A stretch of DNA of 63,445 nucleotides, the filler included. It is 8 parts of 8 records of this genome, joined end to end, with 100 filler letters (N's around TTAATTAATTAA, not from the genome) between each part and the next. Parts side by side here need not be neighbours in the genome. Positions count along the whole stretch, not along the records: positions 29,456 to 35,449 come from SRR31147125_10365; positions 35,550 to 44,153 come from SRR31147125_10388; 6 more parts are not named here. One strand, 5' to 3'. Below the pieces are notes generated by a model. The model was given only the letters and a program-made list of their open reading frames with translations. It did not search any database and was not told where the DNA came from. Positions within the stretch are counted from its first letter, which is position 1; every line of letters starts with the position of its first letter. Made by a program: the position numbers and the translations under genes. Of the stretch, positions 29,841-40,200 are shown piece after piece.

Positions 29841-30102
29841 AGAGCTTTGCATAATGAAATTAAACAAAAAACAAATTATGAAAACTCAAATTTAGTATCT
29901 TAACTGATGAACGTAACAAACTAATAGACACTTGTGTGGTCTCGAGAGTGAAAGCATGATTTTCATTTTAAGTAAAATTCACAAATTTTGAATTAAAAAA
30001 TACACTTTTACTCAATATTTGAGAACTCTATAGATGGATATTTTTTAGTTCGAAGTCATATTAAGGCATTATGACTTTAAAAAATATTTAAAGGAGAATG
30101 TA

Positions 30103-31239
30103 ATGAAGATAATTAGTGCAGTTGATTCGTTTAAGGGCTGCCTTTCTTCACAGGAGATAAATAGTTGTGTTGAGGAGGGAGTCAAGCGAGTCTATAATGA
30201 TGCTGATGTTGTCAAAATTTCAGTTGCTGATGGTGGAGAGGGAACTCTTGAATCATTAATTGTGATTAAGAATGGAGAAATTATAAAAAAGAGAGTGAGG
30301 AATCCTCTTGGCGATATCATTGAAGCGTGGTATGGAGTGTTTGATAATACTGCTGTTATAGAGATGGCTATCGCTTCAGGACTTCCTCTAATCGCACCAG
30401 AGGATAGAGATATCATGAAAGCTTCAACATTTGGCACAGGTGAGCTGATAGTTGATGCCCTTGCTAGAGGATGTAAAACCTTCATTATAGGAATAGGGGG
30501 AAGCGCTACAAATGATGGTGGTACAGGAATGCTTGAAGCTTTAGGAGTTAAATTTTTCGATGAAAACGGAGAAATATTAATAGGAAATGGTGGAAACCTA
30601 TTAAAAATCAAATCCTTTGACACAAGTGATTTTGAGAAAAACTTTAAAGATACGAAGTTTACTATAGCGTGTGATGTTAATAACCCTTTTTACGGAGAGA
30701 ACGGGGCTGCTTTTGTTTATGCCAGGCAAAAGGGGGCCGATGATGTTCAAATATCTGAACTTAATAAGGGATTGCGAAACTTTGCGAGAGTAGTAAAATC
30801 AGAAAAAGAGATTGACTTACAGGAAGTAGAAGGTTCAGGTGCAGCAGGTGGACTTGGAGGAGCTTTTATTGGTTTTTTTGATTCGGAATTGAAATCAGGT
30901 ATTGATACTATTTTAGAAACGATAAATTTTGATGAAATAATTGAAGGAGCGGATTTAATCTTCACTGGCGAGGGAGGAATTGATTGGCAATCGGCAATGG
31001 GGAAAACAATTAGCGGTATAGCCAGATATGCCAAAGAACAGTCTATTCCCGTAATTGCTATAGCTGGTTCAGTTGCAGATGACCTAGATAAGTTAAATGA
31101 TATAGGGATAACTTCATGTTTTTCTATTTTAAACTCGCCAACATCTTTAGAGGAAGCAATGGAAAAAGAGAATGCAAAAAAAGGAATAAAACAGACAATT
31201 GAACAAGTTTGTAGGTTAGTGAAAAAGATCAAAATATAG
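30103..31239 (+). CDS. glxK: Glycerate kinase
   Basis: DSFKG, ADGGEG, STFGTGE, GIGGSATNDGG, QKGA, GAAGGLG and TGEG motifs. Confidence 0.95.
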   Translation: MKIISAVDSFKGCLSSQEINSCVEEGVKRVYNDADVVKISVADGGEGTLESLIVIKNGEIIKKRVRNPLGDIIEAWYGVFDNTAVIEMAIASGLPLIAPEDRDIMKASTFGTGELIVDALARGCKTFIIGIGGSATNDGGTGMLEALGVKFFDENGEILIGNGGNLLKIKSFDTSDFEKNFKDTKFTIACDVNNPFYGENGAAFVYARQKGADDVQISELNKGLRNFARVVKSEKEIDLQEVEGSGAAGGLGGAFIGFFDSELKSGIDTILETINFDEIIEGADLIFTGEGGIDWQSAMGKTISGIARYAKEQSIPVIAIAGSVADDLDKLNDIGITSCFSILNSPTSLEEAMEKENAKKGIKQTIEQVCRLVKKIKI

Positions 31240-31265
31240 GAAGGAGCATGAAACTGTTTGCAGTT

Positions 31266-31706
31266 TCATGCTCTTATTTTTGAATTTTTCTTAACTCTTG
31301 AATTTAGCATTAGGCCTATGGCAAATAGAGTAGCACCAAATATCTTTCCAAATGAGAAAATATTTAGAAAAAAATAGTCAAGTACTGCACCTATGAGCAT
31401 TTGCGCAATAAAACGTAACAGTACAATATAAATAATTGAAATTCTGAATACGAGGACATTAAACAGATAAGTGGTTAATATGCCGATGAATCCTCCTAAA
31501 AAATAAATTTTAGGAATATTTTTAAGTTTTGGGAAAAACAGTTCAAAATCGCCTATTAAACAACAAATTACCAGAAGAATAATAGAAGCAGTTAGAAATG
31601 TTATTATTATATTATTATTCATTCCTATTTTTTCAACAATACCTTTATTTAAAACCATTGCCATAACTATTAATGCTCCAACAAGAGCAGCTAAAATTAA
31701 ATACAT
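31266..31706 (-). CDS. DMT family transporter (YdcZ/DUF606-like)
   Basis: Five TMs with GG.IG and Q......LD.F motifs; paired with the upstream paralogue. Confidence 0.75.
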   Translation of the reverse strand: MYLILAALVGALIVMAMVLNKGIVEKIGMNNNIIITFLTASIILLVICCLIGDFELFFPKLKNIPKIYFLGGFIGILTTYLFNVLVFRISIIYIVLLRFIAQMLIGAVLDYFFLNIFSFGKIFGATLFAIGLMLNSRVKKNSKIRA

Positions 31707-31732
31707 ACTTACCTCCTAATTTTTATAATATT

Positions 31733-32155
31733 TTAAAGCTTAATCATGACAAATATGCCGAGAGAAATAATCGAAAAAGCTAAGATATTATCTTTTGTTA
31801 AAGGTTTCTTAGTTATACTGAAAAAACCAAAATGTTCAATAAGAGCAGATGTTAATAGCTGTGCATAGAGGGAAATTCCAGATGTGAGGGTAACTCCTAT
31901 CTTAGGAACACATAGAACATTTAGGATAGTAACAAAGATACTAATTACTCCAGGAACAGTATAGCTTGGTAAAATTTCTCTAAAGCTAATAACTTTAGAT
32001 TTCTTAATATAGGTAATTATTAATATAAACAAAAGACCTATCAAATGAAAAATCAAACCTGAGAGATAAACTCCAATAGAATTTGCGAGTTTACCATTAA
32101 AAAAAATCATTAGTGTTAACATAACTCCATTAAAAAGAGCTAGATTATAAAACAT
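31733..32155 (-). CDS. DMT family transporter (YdcZ/DUF606-like)
   Basis: NG.L...IG, IGVTLT and Q.L.S..IEHFG.F motifs. Confidence 0.8.
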   Translation of the reverse strand: MFYNLALFNGVMLTLMIFFNGKLANSIGVYLSGLIFHLIGLLFILIITYIKKSKVISFREILPSYTVPGVISIFVTILNVLCVPKIGVTLTSGISLYAQLLTSALIEHFGFFSITKKPLTKDNILAFSIISLGIFVMIKL

Positions 32156-32244
32156 ATACTTCTCCTCACTTTACTTTTGATATTTAATAAAGTATCATGA
32201 ATTAGAAATATTCAATATGACCTATGTCACATGAGGAGATATAT

Positions 32245-32930
32245 ATGCAAAGATTATTAAATAAAGAAGTTTTGGAAAAATATACACAAAAAATAGAATT
32301 GAAAAAGATTTTTGATTCTGATATTTTTGATTTTGTTGAACTACACTGTTTTGAAAAGGGAGAAGTCATTTTGGAGGCAGGTTCAAGAATTGAGTATTAT
32401 TATTTGATTGTAGAAGGAGAAGTTAAAATCGCTTATCCATATGAGAATGGAAAATCTGTTCTTTTAAAATTATATAGGCCGTTTAATTGCTTCGGGGATA
32501 TTGAGCTTTTAAAGGATATTAGGATAGTTGCAAATGTTGAAGCAATAAAAAAAGTAAAATATTGGCCATCCCAGTTGAAATAATTAGAAAAAAATACTTA
32601 TTTAATGTTAATTTTTTAAGACATTTGACTTTTACCTATAGTAATAAATTGCATGCGATAATTAGTAATGCTTCATATAATGTAGCCTATCCTCTTAGCA
32701 ATAGAGTGGCGAGTTACTTATTGAATAATGCTGATAATGGAATTATTAATGTAGAGCATTCGTATCAAGAGATAGCAGAATTTTTAGGAACTACCTATCG
32801 CCATTTAAATAGAGTTTTTAAGGAGTTAGAAGAAAAAAATCTTATTAGTATAAATACTAAAAAAATAAAAATTTTAAATAGTGAAACTCTAAATGAATTA
32901 GCTAAAGGTGATTACTTAGAATATTTGTAG
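32245..32930 (+). CDS. Crp/Fnr family regulator, split by 1-bp deletion in A7 run at 32547-32553
   Basis: cNMP-binding domain (G.VK....ENGK, FGDIE) plus HTH (EIAEFLGTTYRHLNR). One added A joins the two ORFs (AIKKSKILAIP). Confidence 0.85.
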
Positions 32931-33245
32931 TAATTTCTAATATATAAAAAAGATCAGAATAGCTTGCTGAATAGTTTTCATAATTAGTAATTTATTTAGT
33001 ATTTATTGTACATTCATTAATAAAAATATCAGGAGACAGTTCAAGATATAATCCACCTGATATTTTATTATTTTTTGAAGGAAAATACTAAAAAAATGTG
33101 AATAGTTTATGATTGGGTGAGATTAATAATTAAATAGAATTTAACAGAATAAATATATAAATGTGCAAAAAAATAGTACTTTTGAATAATTTATGATTAA
33201 AATAGTACAATTTTAGAAAAACTTTGTAAAACCAGAAAAAATTCA

Positions 33246-33324
33246 TTGATAAAACAAATATGGTATGTTATAATCTCTCCAACAGTTTTAAAAAATTAGT
33301 CAGACTGTCCGCAAAACACGGACA
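33246..33324 (+). promoter_or_regulatory. SigmaA promoter plus palindromic operator
   Basis: TTGATA-17bp-TGtTATAAT (33246-33274); TGTCCG-N7-CGGACA at 33306-33324. Confidence 0.7.
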
Positions 33325-33342
33325 AAGAAAGGAAGGAACTTC

Positions 33343-33780
33343 ATGGATAAAAAATTAATTTTGGTTGATGTGAGTGTACTGCCTGATGACTTTAAAAAGG
33401 TAGTAAGAGTTAAGGAATTATTAAAGAGTGCAGATTGTGCTAACTTAAAGGAAGCGGTAGAACAAGCTGGAACTACAGAAGAGGTATACAATAAATATTG
33501 TGACTATGTATTTGAACTTGCTACAGCAGCACTTGGAAAGCAAGTAGTTTTTTCATTTATATTAAGTCATCAGGCAGGTGTATTATCGAAGCTACTTGTT
33601 GAGATGGCAAATTCAAAGGCAAATGTACTGACAATTAGTCAGGAAACACCAGAAGATGGAAAAGCACACGTTAGATTAAAAATAGATGTTAGTGAACTGA
33701 ATAAACATCTTGATGCTCTAGTTGCAGAACTTAGAGGTTTGAGCGGCATAGAAAAGGTAAACTTGGAATCAATAGAGTAA
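33343..33780 (+). CDS. thrR: ACT-domain regulator, PheB/ThrR family
   Basis: LVD..VLP..F.KVV..K.LL, Y.KY.DYVF and ACT (H..GVLS.LL, NVLTISQ) motifs; upstream of hom. Confidence 0.75.
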   Translation: MDKKLILVDVSVLPDDFKKVVRVKELLKSADCANLKEAVEQAGTTEEVYNKYCDYVFELATAALGKQVVFSFILSHQAGVLSKLLVEMANSKANVLTISQETPEDGKAHVRLKIDVSELNKHLDALVAELRGLSGIEKVNLESIE

Positions 33781-33872
33781 AAACGAGGTTTTAGTTTTTA
33801 AATAGAATAAAAAAATATAAATTGGAATTGTATGAGCGAATAAAAAAACATTAGTTAAGGAGATATATAAAT

Positions 33873-35108
33873 ATGAAAATTGCATTATTAGGGTACGGAA
33901 CAGTTGGAACGGGGATATTTGAATTAGTTGAGAGAAATAGAGAAAAGGTTAAAAATAGATATGACAAGAATTTAGAAGTTGTAAAAATATTAGACTTAAG
34001 AATAGAGAGATTTGCTGATTTACCTCATGCTTCAGTATTTACTGAAAACTTTGAGGATGTAATTAACAGTGACGCAGATGTTGTTATTGAGATGTTAGGT
34101 GGAGTAAATCCAGCTTACAAATTTGTAAAAGCAGCACTTGAAAGTGGAAAAAGTGTAATTACATCAAATAAAGACCTTATTGCTGAGCATGGTGATGAGT
34201 TCAGAACAATAGCTAGAGAAAAAGGTGTTAGACTTGGATATGAAGCAGCAGTCGGTGGAGGAATTCCTGTTCTTAAGCCAATGAGAGAGTCTTTATTCGG
34301 AAATACTCTTGATTCATTAGAAGCAATCATTAATGGAACTACAAACTTTATCCTAACTAAGATGTATGCGGATAACATGGGTTATGATGAAGCACTTAAA
34401 ATAGCTCAAGACCTAGGGTTCGCTGAATCAGATCCTTCATCAGATGTAAAAGGATGGGATGCCGCTAGAAAACTATCAATCCTAACAGATTTAGGATTTA
34501 ACGATAAACTAAATTGGAAAGATATCTACTGCGAAGGAATCGAAGATATTGACTCGCAAGATATCGCAAATGCTAAAAATATGAAATCAAAAATCAAATT
34601 ATTAGCATTTACAAAAGTATTCGATAAAAAATTATATGCAGCAGTTAGACCTGTAATTGTTGGAGCGACTTCTACATTAGGTAAAATTGATAACGAATTC
34701 AACGGAGTTATTATTAACGGAGATGCAGTGGGAGAAGTATTATTCTATGGTAAAGGAGCAGGTAAATTACCAACAGCAAGTGCTGTGTTTGGTGATTTAA
34801 TGGATGTTATCCTAGAAAAAGCTGAGTTTAAATTAGTAGAGCCAGTTGGATATGACCATGTGAAAATGTACCCTGCTGAGAGCAGCTGGTTAGTGAGAGT
34901 AGACGCAGAAGATATTAATACTGCAACTGGTAAACTATTTGAACTATTTAATAAAAATAAAGTTGAGATGGCATCATTCTTATCAGAGGGAGAGATTGCT
35001 CTTAAAGTATCTGGTGTAGATGAGTTTGAACTTGCTGAAAAGTTAACTACTTTAAAAGAAAAAGGTGAGCTTAAAAGCGTTAAATATTTCTTAGTACAAG
35101 AAGATTAA
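33873..35108 (+). CDS. hom: Homoserine dehydrogenase
   Basis: LLGYGTVG.G, VITSNK, YEAAVGGGIP, INGTTNFIL, GFAE.DP..DV.G.DAARK and GAGKLPTASA motifs. Confidence 0.95.
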   Translation: MKIALLGYGTVGTGIFELVERNREKVKNRYDKNLEVVKILDLRIERFADLPHASVFTENFEDVINSDADVVIEMLGGVNPAYKFVKAALESGKSVITSNKDLIAEHGDEFRTIAREKGVRLGYEAAVGGGIPVLKPMRESLFGNTLDSLEAIINGTTNFILTKMYADNMGYDEALKIAQDLGFAESDPSSDVKGWDAARKLSILTDLGFNDKLNWKDIYCEGIEDIDSQDIANAKNMKSKIKLLAFTKVFDKKLYAAVRPVIVGATSTLGKIDNEFNGVIINGDAVGEVLFYGKGAGKLPTASAVFGDLMDVILEKAEFKLVEPVGYDHVKMYPAESSWLVRVDAEDINTATGKLFELFNKNKVEMASFLSEGEIALKVSGVDEFELAEKLTTLKEKGELKSVKYFLVQED

Positions 35109-35113
35109 AAAAC

Positions 35114-35141
35114 AAGTAGTAAGTAGTAGGTAGCAGGTAGT
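35114..35141. repeat. Heptamer tandem repeat
   Basis: AAGTAGT AAGTAGT AGGTAGC AGGTAGT. Confidence 0.6.
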
Positions 35142-35171
35142 AAAAATCAAAAGAATTAAAAACAAGATTCT

Positions 35172-35246
35172 GTAGGAGCAATGTCTCGTACTTGCCCAGA
35201 TGAATTTAAAAAATAAAAGTAGGGGCGTTATTAATAACGCCCGTAC
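35172..35246. repeat. Two GTAG-type REP-like palindromes
   Basis: GTAGGAGCAA...TTGCCC (35172-35197) and GTAG-GGGCGTTATTAATAACGCCC-GTAC (35219-35246). Confidence 0.65.
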
Positions 35247-35398
35247 ATTTAAGCAAATATAAATGGTAAGTTATAAATTTTAGTTTCTTATTATATTTTT
35301 TCTCTAAAAACTATAAAATTCGTTTAGTGTTTAGTTCAAAATATAAAGAAACTATTTAAAATTTATAGTGAATTGTCGAATTAGAGGGGCTGAAAAGA

Positions 35399-35449
35399 AT
35401 GTTAAAAATAAAAGTACCAGGAACAACAGCAAATATTGGACCTGGATTT
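35399..35449 (+). CDS. thrB: Homoserine kinase N-terminus, truncated; not in ORF track
   Basis: MLKIKVPGTTANIGPGF (VP.T.AN.GPGF signature) after a GAGGGG RBS, downstream of hom. Confidence 0.9.
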
Positions 35450-35549
35450 NNNNNNNNNNNNNNNNNNNNNNNNNNNNNNNNNNNNNNNNNNNNTTAATTA
35501 ATTAANNNNNNNNNNNNNNNNNNNNNNNNNNNNNNNNNNNNNNNNNNNN
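35450..35549. other. Artificial contig spacer
   Basis: N44-TTAATTAATTAA-N44. Confidence 0.99.
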
Positions 35550-35577
35550 AAAAAAATTTACAGGAGGAAATTACAGA

Positions 35578-36009
35578 ATGGCATTCAGATTAACAGTCGA
35601 GGGAGCAAATGAAACTATCTTAGTTGGGGAGGGAAATATCGAGACAGTAAAATATATGTCAGATACTCCGAATGATAGTACAGCAAGAGCAGCGGATTTA
35701 GGACTTACTTTAGAAGTAAGTGGAAAAATTATTACTGCAATAAACGGAGAGGAAGCAGATGACACTATGAAATTAGCACAGTGGTCACTTTTTCCTGCTG
35801 AAAAAGCAGATTGTTACAGAAACGTATTTGTTGAGGTAATTGCGGCGGATCAAATCGTTAGAAAAATTACTTTACCAAACGCATTTGTTGTTGACTACGC
35901 AGAAGATTTTGGAGATACAGCTGGAGTAGGAACATTCAATCTTATCGTTAAGCAGAAGAAAGAAAAAACTGGAAACGTTTCTATTGATGGCGGTTACGCA
36001 GCTGAGTAA
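35578..36009 (+). CDS. Putative Hcp/tail-tube-like protein
   Basis: 143 aa, beta-rich, strong AGGAGG RBS. Pattern L..W......YR.V.VEV......VRKI.L.NAFVVDY.EDF...G...F.L resembles Hcp/TssD/gp19 tube proteins. Confidence 0.6.
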   Translation: MAFRLTVEGANETILVGEGNIETVKYMSDTPNDSTARAADLGLTLEVSGKIITAINGEEADDTMKLAQWSLFPAEKADCYRNVFVEVIAADQIVRKITLPNAFVVDYAEDFGDTAGVGTFNLIVKQKKEKTGNVSIDGGYAAE

Positions 36010-36017
36010 TTGTTAAA

Positions 36018-36058
36018 ATACTTTATGAGGGTAGTGTTTCACTACCCTCATAAAGTAT
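36018..36058 (+). promoter_or_regulatory. Perfect 19-bp hairpin without U tract
   Basis: ATACTTTATGAGGGTAGTG-TTT-CACTACCCTCATAAAGTAT. Confidence 0.75.
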
Positions 36059-36158
36059 AAGCAATAAGATTGAAACAAAAAATAATCAATAAAAAAATTT
36101 GTTAATGATTTATTGTTTTAATTTATCTTAATAGGTGAAACTGTCTTGGGAGGAAAAA

Positions 36159-36926
36159 GTGATTAAAAACAAAAAACCACTCTTTGTAAAAGGAGAGATA
36201 ATTGACGCTGAGATGTTAGAGCTATTACGTGATAATCCTCTGGAGCTTTTTTCTCTTAACTATCTTGATTATCAAGATGGAATAATAAGTGGCATTGAAT
36301 TGAGTGTAAGTGATAAAGATATAGTTATAGGAAAAGGGATTTTTAAATTGAATAACAACATTTTTAGAATATCTCAAAACTACCATATTGAGATTCCTGA
36401 TGAGTGTGGGGATTATTTAATAAAATTAAAAGTCAAAGAAAATGGAATTATTAATAAAAAACTAGAGTACCAAGTAGAAATAGTCATAAGTGAACGGACT
36501 TCTATAGAAAAAGGTGAACTTTATTTAGCAACTTTTAAGAAGCAAGATGGAACTTACCTTAGAGAAAATGAGAGAAAATTTTCAGAGTTTGACACAGAAT
36601 TTAACATGATGAATATTATAAATCAACAATTTGCATGTAGTCATTCAAAGGGAACTTTAGCTCCAAGAATCATGAAACAGTTTGGAAAAGAAATACTAAA
36701 AAAAAGTTGTTATGATAATTTAGATGTTCAATTTGCTTTTAATTGTATAAATAATCGAATGAAACGAGAAACGATTTTAATTTATTTAGCTTCTAGAAAT
36801 AATAAAGAGTACTTGGAATTTAATAATGAAGAGATTTTTGAGTTAAAACAAATTTTGAATTTTAATGGAAATAAAAAAATATCTAAGGAACGAAAAAAGA
36901 GAATATCACGAATTTTAGTTGATTAA
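36159..36926 (+). CDS. Hypothetical protein, possibly baseplate/TssK-like
   Basis: GTG 36159 after GGAGG. N-terminal P.F.KG.I...EML..LRD and GIISG.EL....I.IG.G. No Walker motifs. Confidence 0.45.
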   Translation: MIKNKKPLFVKGEIIDAEMLELLRDNPLELFSLNYLDYQDGIISGIELSVSDKDIVIGKGIFKLNNNIFRISQNYHIEIPDECGDYLIKLKVKENGIINKKLEYQVEIVISERTSIEKGELYLATFKKQDGTYLRENERKFSEFDTEFNMMNIINQQFACSHSKGTLAPRIMKQFGKEILKKSCYDNLDVQFAFNCINNRMKRETILIYLASRNNKEYLEFNNEEIFELKQILNFNGNKKISKERKKRISRILVD

Positions 36927-36942
36927 ACATATTGGAGGAACG

Positions 36943-37350
36943 ATGAAAGATTTATATAAAGTTTTGGGAGTGGACAAAACTGTAGATGAGCAAGCGCTAA
37001 AAAAAGCATATAGAAAACTTGCTAGGTATTATCATCCAGATAGAAATCCAGATGATAAAGAAGCGGAAAAGAAATTTTTGGAAATATCAGAGGCGTATGA
37101 TGTTTTAAGTGATAGTAAAAAAAGAAAAGAATATGATGAGTTACTAGCTAATCCAAATGGCTCAAATAAACAGAAACAGTCAAAACCATCGAATAGCTCA
37201 AAACCACAAGCAGCTAATTTTAATCCAAACGATTTTGGAGATATCTTTGATTCTTTTTTTGGCAAGGCTACTCCAAAAACTAAAGGAGACGATAAAGTAA
37301 AAAAACAAGTTAATAATATGTTTAATAATTTTTTTATGGGAGGAAAATAA
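36943..37350 (+). CDS. Small J-domain (DnaJ-like) protein
   Basis: [21 protein letters not shown] and [14 protein letters not shown]. Lacks the Zn finger and C-terminal domains. Confidence 0.9.
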   Translation: MKDLYKVLGVDKTVDEQALKKAYRKLARYYHPDRNPDDKEAEKKFLEISEAYDVLSDSKKRKEYDELLANPNGSNKQKQSKPSNSSKPQAANFNPNDFGDIFDSFFGKATPKTKGDDKVKKQVNNMFNNFFMGGK

Positions 37351-38029
37351 TGGGTTTTTTACGAGAATTAAAAACAAAATATGAATTAAAAGGCTATATG
37401 GGAGATAGAAATCAAAATGTTTATGTTCAAAATAAATCAACATCAAAAGTAAAAAGATATGTTATTTGGGCAGTAATAGTACTGGCAGTAACTTTAAATA
37501 TAAGAGAGTTTTATATAACACAAATGAGTATAATTTCATCATTTGCCATTGTCTTTGTTGGGATTGTCTTTGAGATATTTCAGTATAGTAAAAAATTAAA
37601 AGATACAATTAACACAATGAAAGCAGAGCAAGAATACATGGGAGATAAAGTAACAAGTCAATTTCAGGCAAATGAAAACTTAAAAAAAAGAGAAATCAAA
37701 CATATAATTTTAAAAGATGATGAGGGTTATGATGTAAAAACTTGGAAAATAGGTCATCTAAGTAGTTTGATAGTAGGAAAGAAGAATCCGCAAAACCATG
37801 TGGAGATAGATCTTAGCAAAGTTATGTATTCTGCACTGATTAGTAGAGAACATGGATTATTAAACAGATGCGAAGATGGCTGGTACTATGAAGATTTAAA
37901 CTCTTTAAATGGAAGTGGAGTAGAAAAAAAGAAACAGGCAGAAAGGTAAAAATACCAAAAGGGCAGACAATGAAGGTTGAAAGTGGAGATTATTTATATA
38001 TTTCAAATACGAAGCTATTAATTGAATAA
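37350..38029 (+). CDS. Membrane-anchored FHA domain protein, split by 1-bp deletion in A7 run at 37924-37930
   Basis: Two TMs and an FHA domain (ISREHG, EDLNSLNGS). One added A restores the FHA end GDYLYISNTKL*. Confidence 0.85.
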
Positions 38030-38079
38030 ATGATTGCAAGATGATAATTGTCACTTAAGGGCAAAAAGGAAAAGGTGAA

Positions 38080-38433
38080 ATGGAATCAGTATTAGTTTGT
38101 TTTAGAAAATATTTTGATTTTAGTGGGAGAGCTAGAAGGCAGGAATTTATTATGTTTAATATGTTTATTGCTATTATTGGCATAATATTTGCCTTCATAG
38201 ACAGTAATACGGGAACATTAAATCTAGTTTGGGCTCTGGTGGTGTTTATTCCTGCACTATCACTATCTGTTAGAAGAATTCATGATATTGGTATAAGTGG
38301 ATGGATGTGCTTACTACTTATTATTCCAATAGTAAATATGATATTTTTAATCTACATGACATTTAAAAATGGAAATTCAGGAACAAATAAATATGGAAAA
38401 AACCCTAAAATAATAGTTGGTATTAGCATATAG
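38080..38433 (+). CDS. DUF805 membrane protein
   Basis: YFDFSGRARRQEF, SVRRIHDIG.SGW and G..G.NKYG.NP motifs. Confidence 0.92.
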   Translation: MESVLVCFRKYFDFSGRARRQEFIMFNMFIAIIGIIFAFIDSNTGTLNLVWALVVFIPALSLSVRRIHDIGISGWMCLLLIIPIVNMIFLIYMTFKNGNSGTNKYGKNPKIIVGISI

Positions 38434-38463
38434 CAACTTAGAAAGCTATAGAGGTAAAAAATA

Positions 38464-40200
38464 ATGATTAAAAAGAAACATATTACAGGAATAGTATTAA
38501 TAATTATCCTCATGATACTTTCCTCATGTGAAAAACAGCCATCGAGAACACTTAGAGAGAGGGTTCCGGAAGATAAAAGGGCAAGTTCAAGGGAAGTAAC
38601 GTTTAAGGATGGAGTGTTCTATAAAAAGGATGGGACTTTGTTCACAGGTTGTTATGAAAATGAAGAGACAACATTTCTTTTAGCAGAGGTAAAGGATGGT
38701 TTATTGGATGGTGAAGTTTACTCTCAAAAATCTTCTTCTGAGCAGAAGAGCAGATACCGTTTTAAAAAAGGAAAACTTGCAGGAAGAAGTTATGGTTATG
38801 AGTTTAATAATCCTAAGATTATCTTATGGGAAGTAGAGTTTAAAGATGGAGATGGAGAGTTAAAGGAATACTATCCTGATAGGACATTAAAAGGTGAAGT
38901 GAAATATGTGAACTATCAAATGCAAGGAGATAGATTTATTTACTTTAAAGATGGTTCCATAAAAGAATCAATGTCTTATAAAGCTGGAAAACTTCACGGA
39001 GAGCACAAAACATATTATGAAAAAGATAAAATTAAATATATCGGCCAATATGATAATGGCACATTATTCGAAGCAATAGGTTGGCATGATAATGGTAAAG
39101 TGGCTTTGGAAAAAAAAGATAATGTAGTAAAACTTTATGATTATTCGGGACATATGTATAGAAAAAATGATCTAAATGAGATGAATCAATATCACTATTA
39201 TGACACTGGAGAATTAGAGAAAGTTTTACCATATTTAAAAGCAGAATTAGTAATTCAGAGAAAATCTGACTCTTTTATCTATACTTATAACCAATTAGGT
39301 TTAATAACAGGTAAAAGAAAACTATTTAAGTTTGAATTTGAATCTAAGTCTGGGCAAGTTAGGGATATTAGATTTCCATGGCTTGGCGATTATAGAGATG
39401 AGTTGACCTTATACAATGAACTAGGTCAAAGAAGAAATAATAAATATGAAGTTGATGAGAATTATTACTATGGCAACAAAAGTATACCTCAACTTGTATT
39501 TTCTTGGAGTAGGTATACATTTGATGAACATAGATTCTTAGATGAAGAATTCAATTACTTTCTTTCAAAAGATACTCCTAAAAGCTACGATGCTCATGGA
39601 AGAGTAACGAAGCTTAAATTAGAATCAAAAAATGGTTGGGGTGGAATAGTAGAGTATAAGTTCAATGAGAGAGGGCAGTTATTAAACAAAAATGCAAATA
39701 TAATGGGAGATGAAGGGGAGAGCTATAAATATGATGCTCATGGAAACTGGACAGAACATTATAAATACGGAACAGGTAGAAAACCTTTGGAAAAACGAAG
39801 CTATGTATTTGATGAAGAAGGTAGAAAGAAAGAGTTTTACATACAAAGTTATAATATTAACGAGGAAAGAGGTGACTATCCAGAACCTGGAGAACTTCTA
39901 AAAACTTGGCAATATAATTGGTTAGATGATAGAACACTAGAGAGTGACATTACAATTAAATTAAAAGAGGGATCAAGAAAAGATATTATACGATATAAAT
40001 ATGACGAAAAGGATCGTATGTTAGAATCCTTTCAACAAACCAAAGATAAAGAAGGAAAATGGAGCAATCCTTATCAAACATATTATTTATACTATGATTC
40101 AGCGAAGGAGTTATCAAATCCTTGGCCTGAAATTAGAGGGATTGAAGATTCTTTAATAAAAAAGGATATTAGGAGGAGCAATGTACCATTTTATTATTAG
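38464..40200 (+). CDS. Lipoprotein with MORN-variant (YwqK-like) repeats and YD/RHS-like repeats
   Basis: Lipobox LSSC. Y..GKLHG..K.YY repeats, then YDAHGR, YKYDAHGN, FNERGQ, FDEEGR and YDEKDR. Confidence 0.75.
   Translation: MIKKKHITGIVLIIILMILSSCEKQPSRTLRERVPEDKRASSREVTFKDGVFYKKDGTLFTGCYENEETTFLLAEVKDGLLDGEVYSQKSSSEQKSRYRFKKGKLAGRSYGYEFNNPKIILWEVEFKDGDGELKEYYPDRTLKGEVKYVNYQMQGDRFIYFKDGSIKESMSYKAGKLHGEHKTYYEKDKIKYIGQYDNGTLFEAIGWHDNGKVALEKKDNVVKLYDYSGHMYRKNDLNEMNQYHYYDTGELEKVLPYLKAELVIQRKSDSFIYTYNQLGLITGKRKLFKFEFESKSGQVRDIRFPWLGDYRDELTLYNELGQRRNNKYEVDENYYYGNKSIPQLVFSWSRYTFDEHRFLDEEFNYFLSKDTPKSYDAHGRVTKLKLESKNGWGGIVEYKFNERGQLLNKNANIMGDEGESYKYDAHGNWTEHYKYGTGRKPLEKRSYVFDEEGRKKEFYIQSYNINEERGDYPEPGELLKTWQYNWLDDRTLESDITIKLKEGSRKDIIRYKYDEKDRMLESFQQTKDKEGKWSNPYQTYYLYYDSAKELSNPWPEIRGIEDSLIKKDIRRSNVPFYY

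Noticed and set aside
29898-29975. Hammerhead ribozyme (CTGATGA...GAAA)
   Set aside because: Stems II and III cannot be paired convincingly and the cleavage triplet does not fit.
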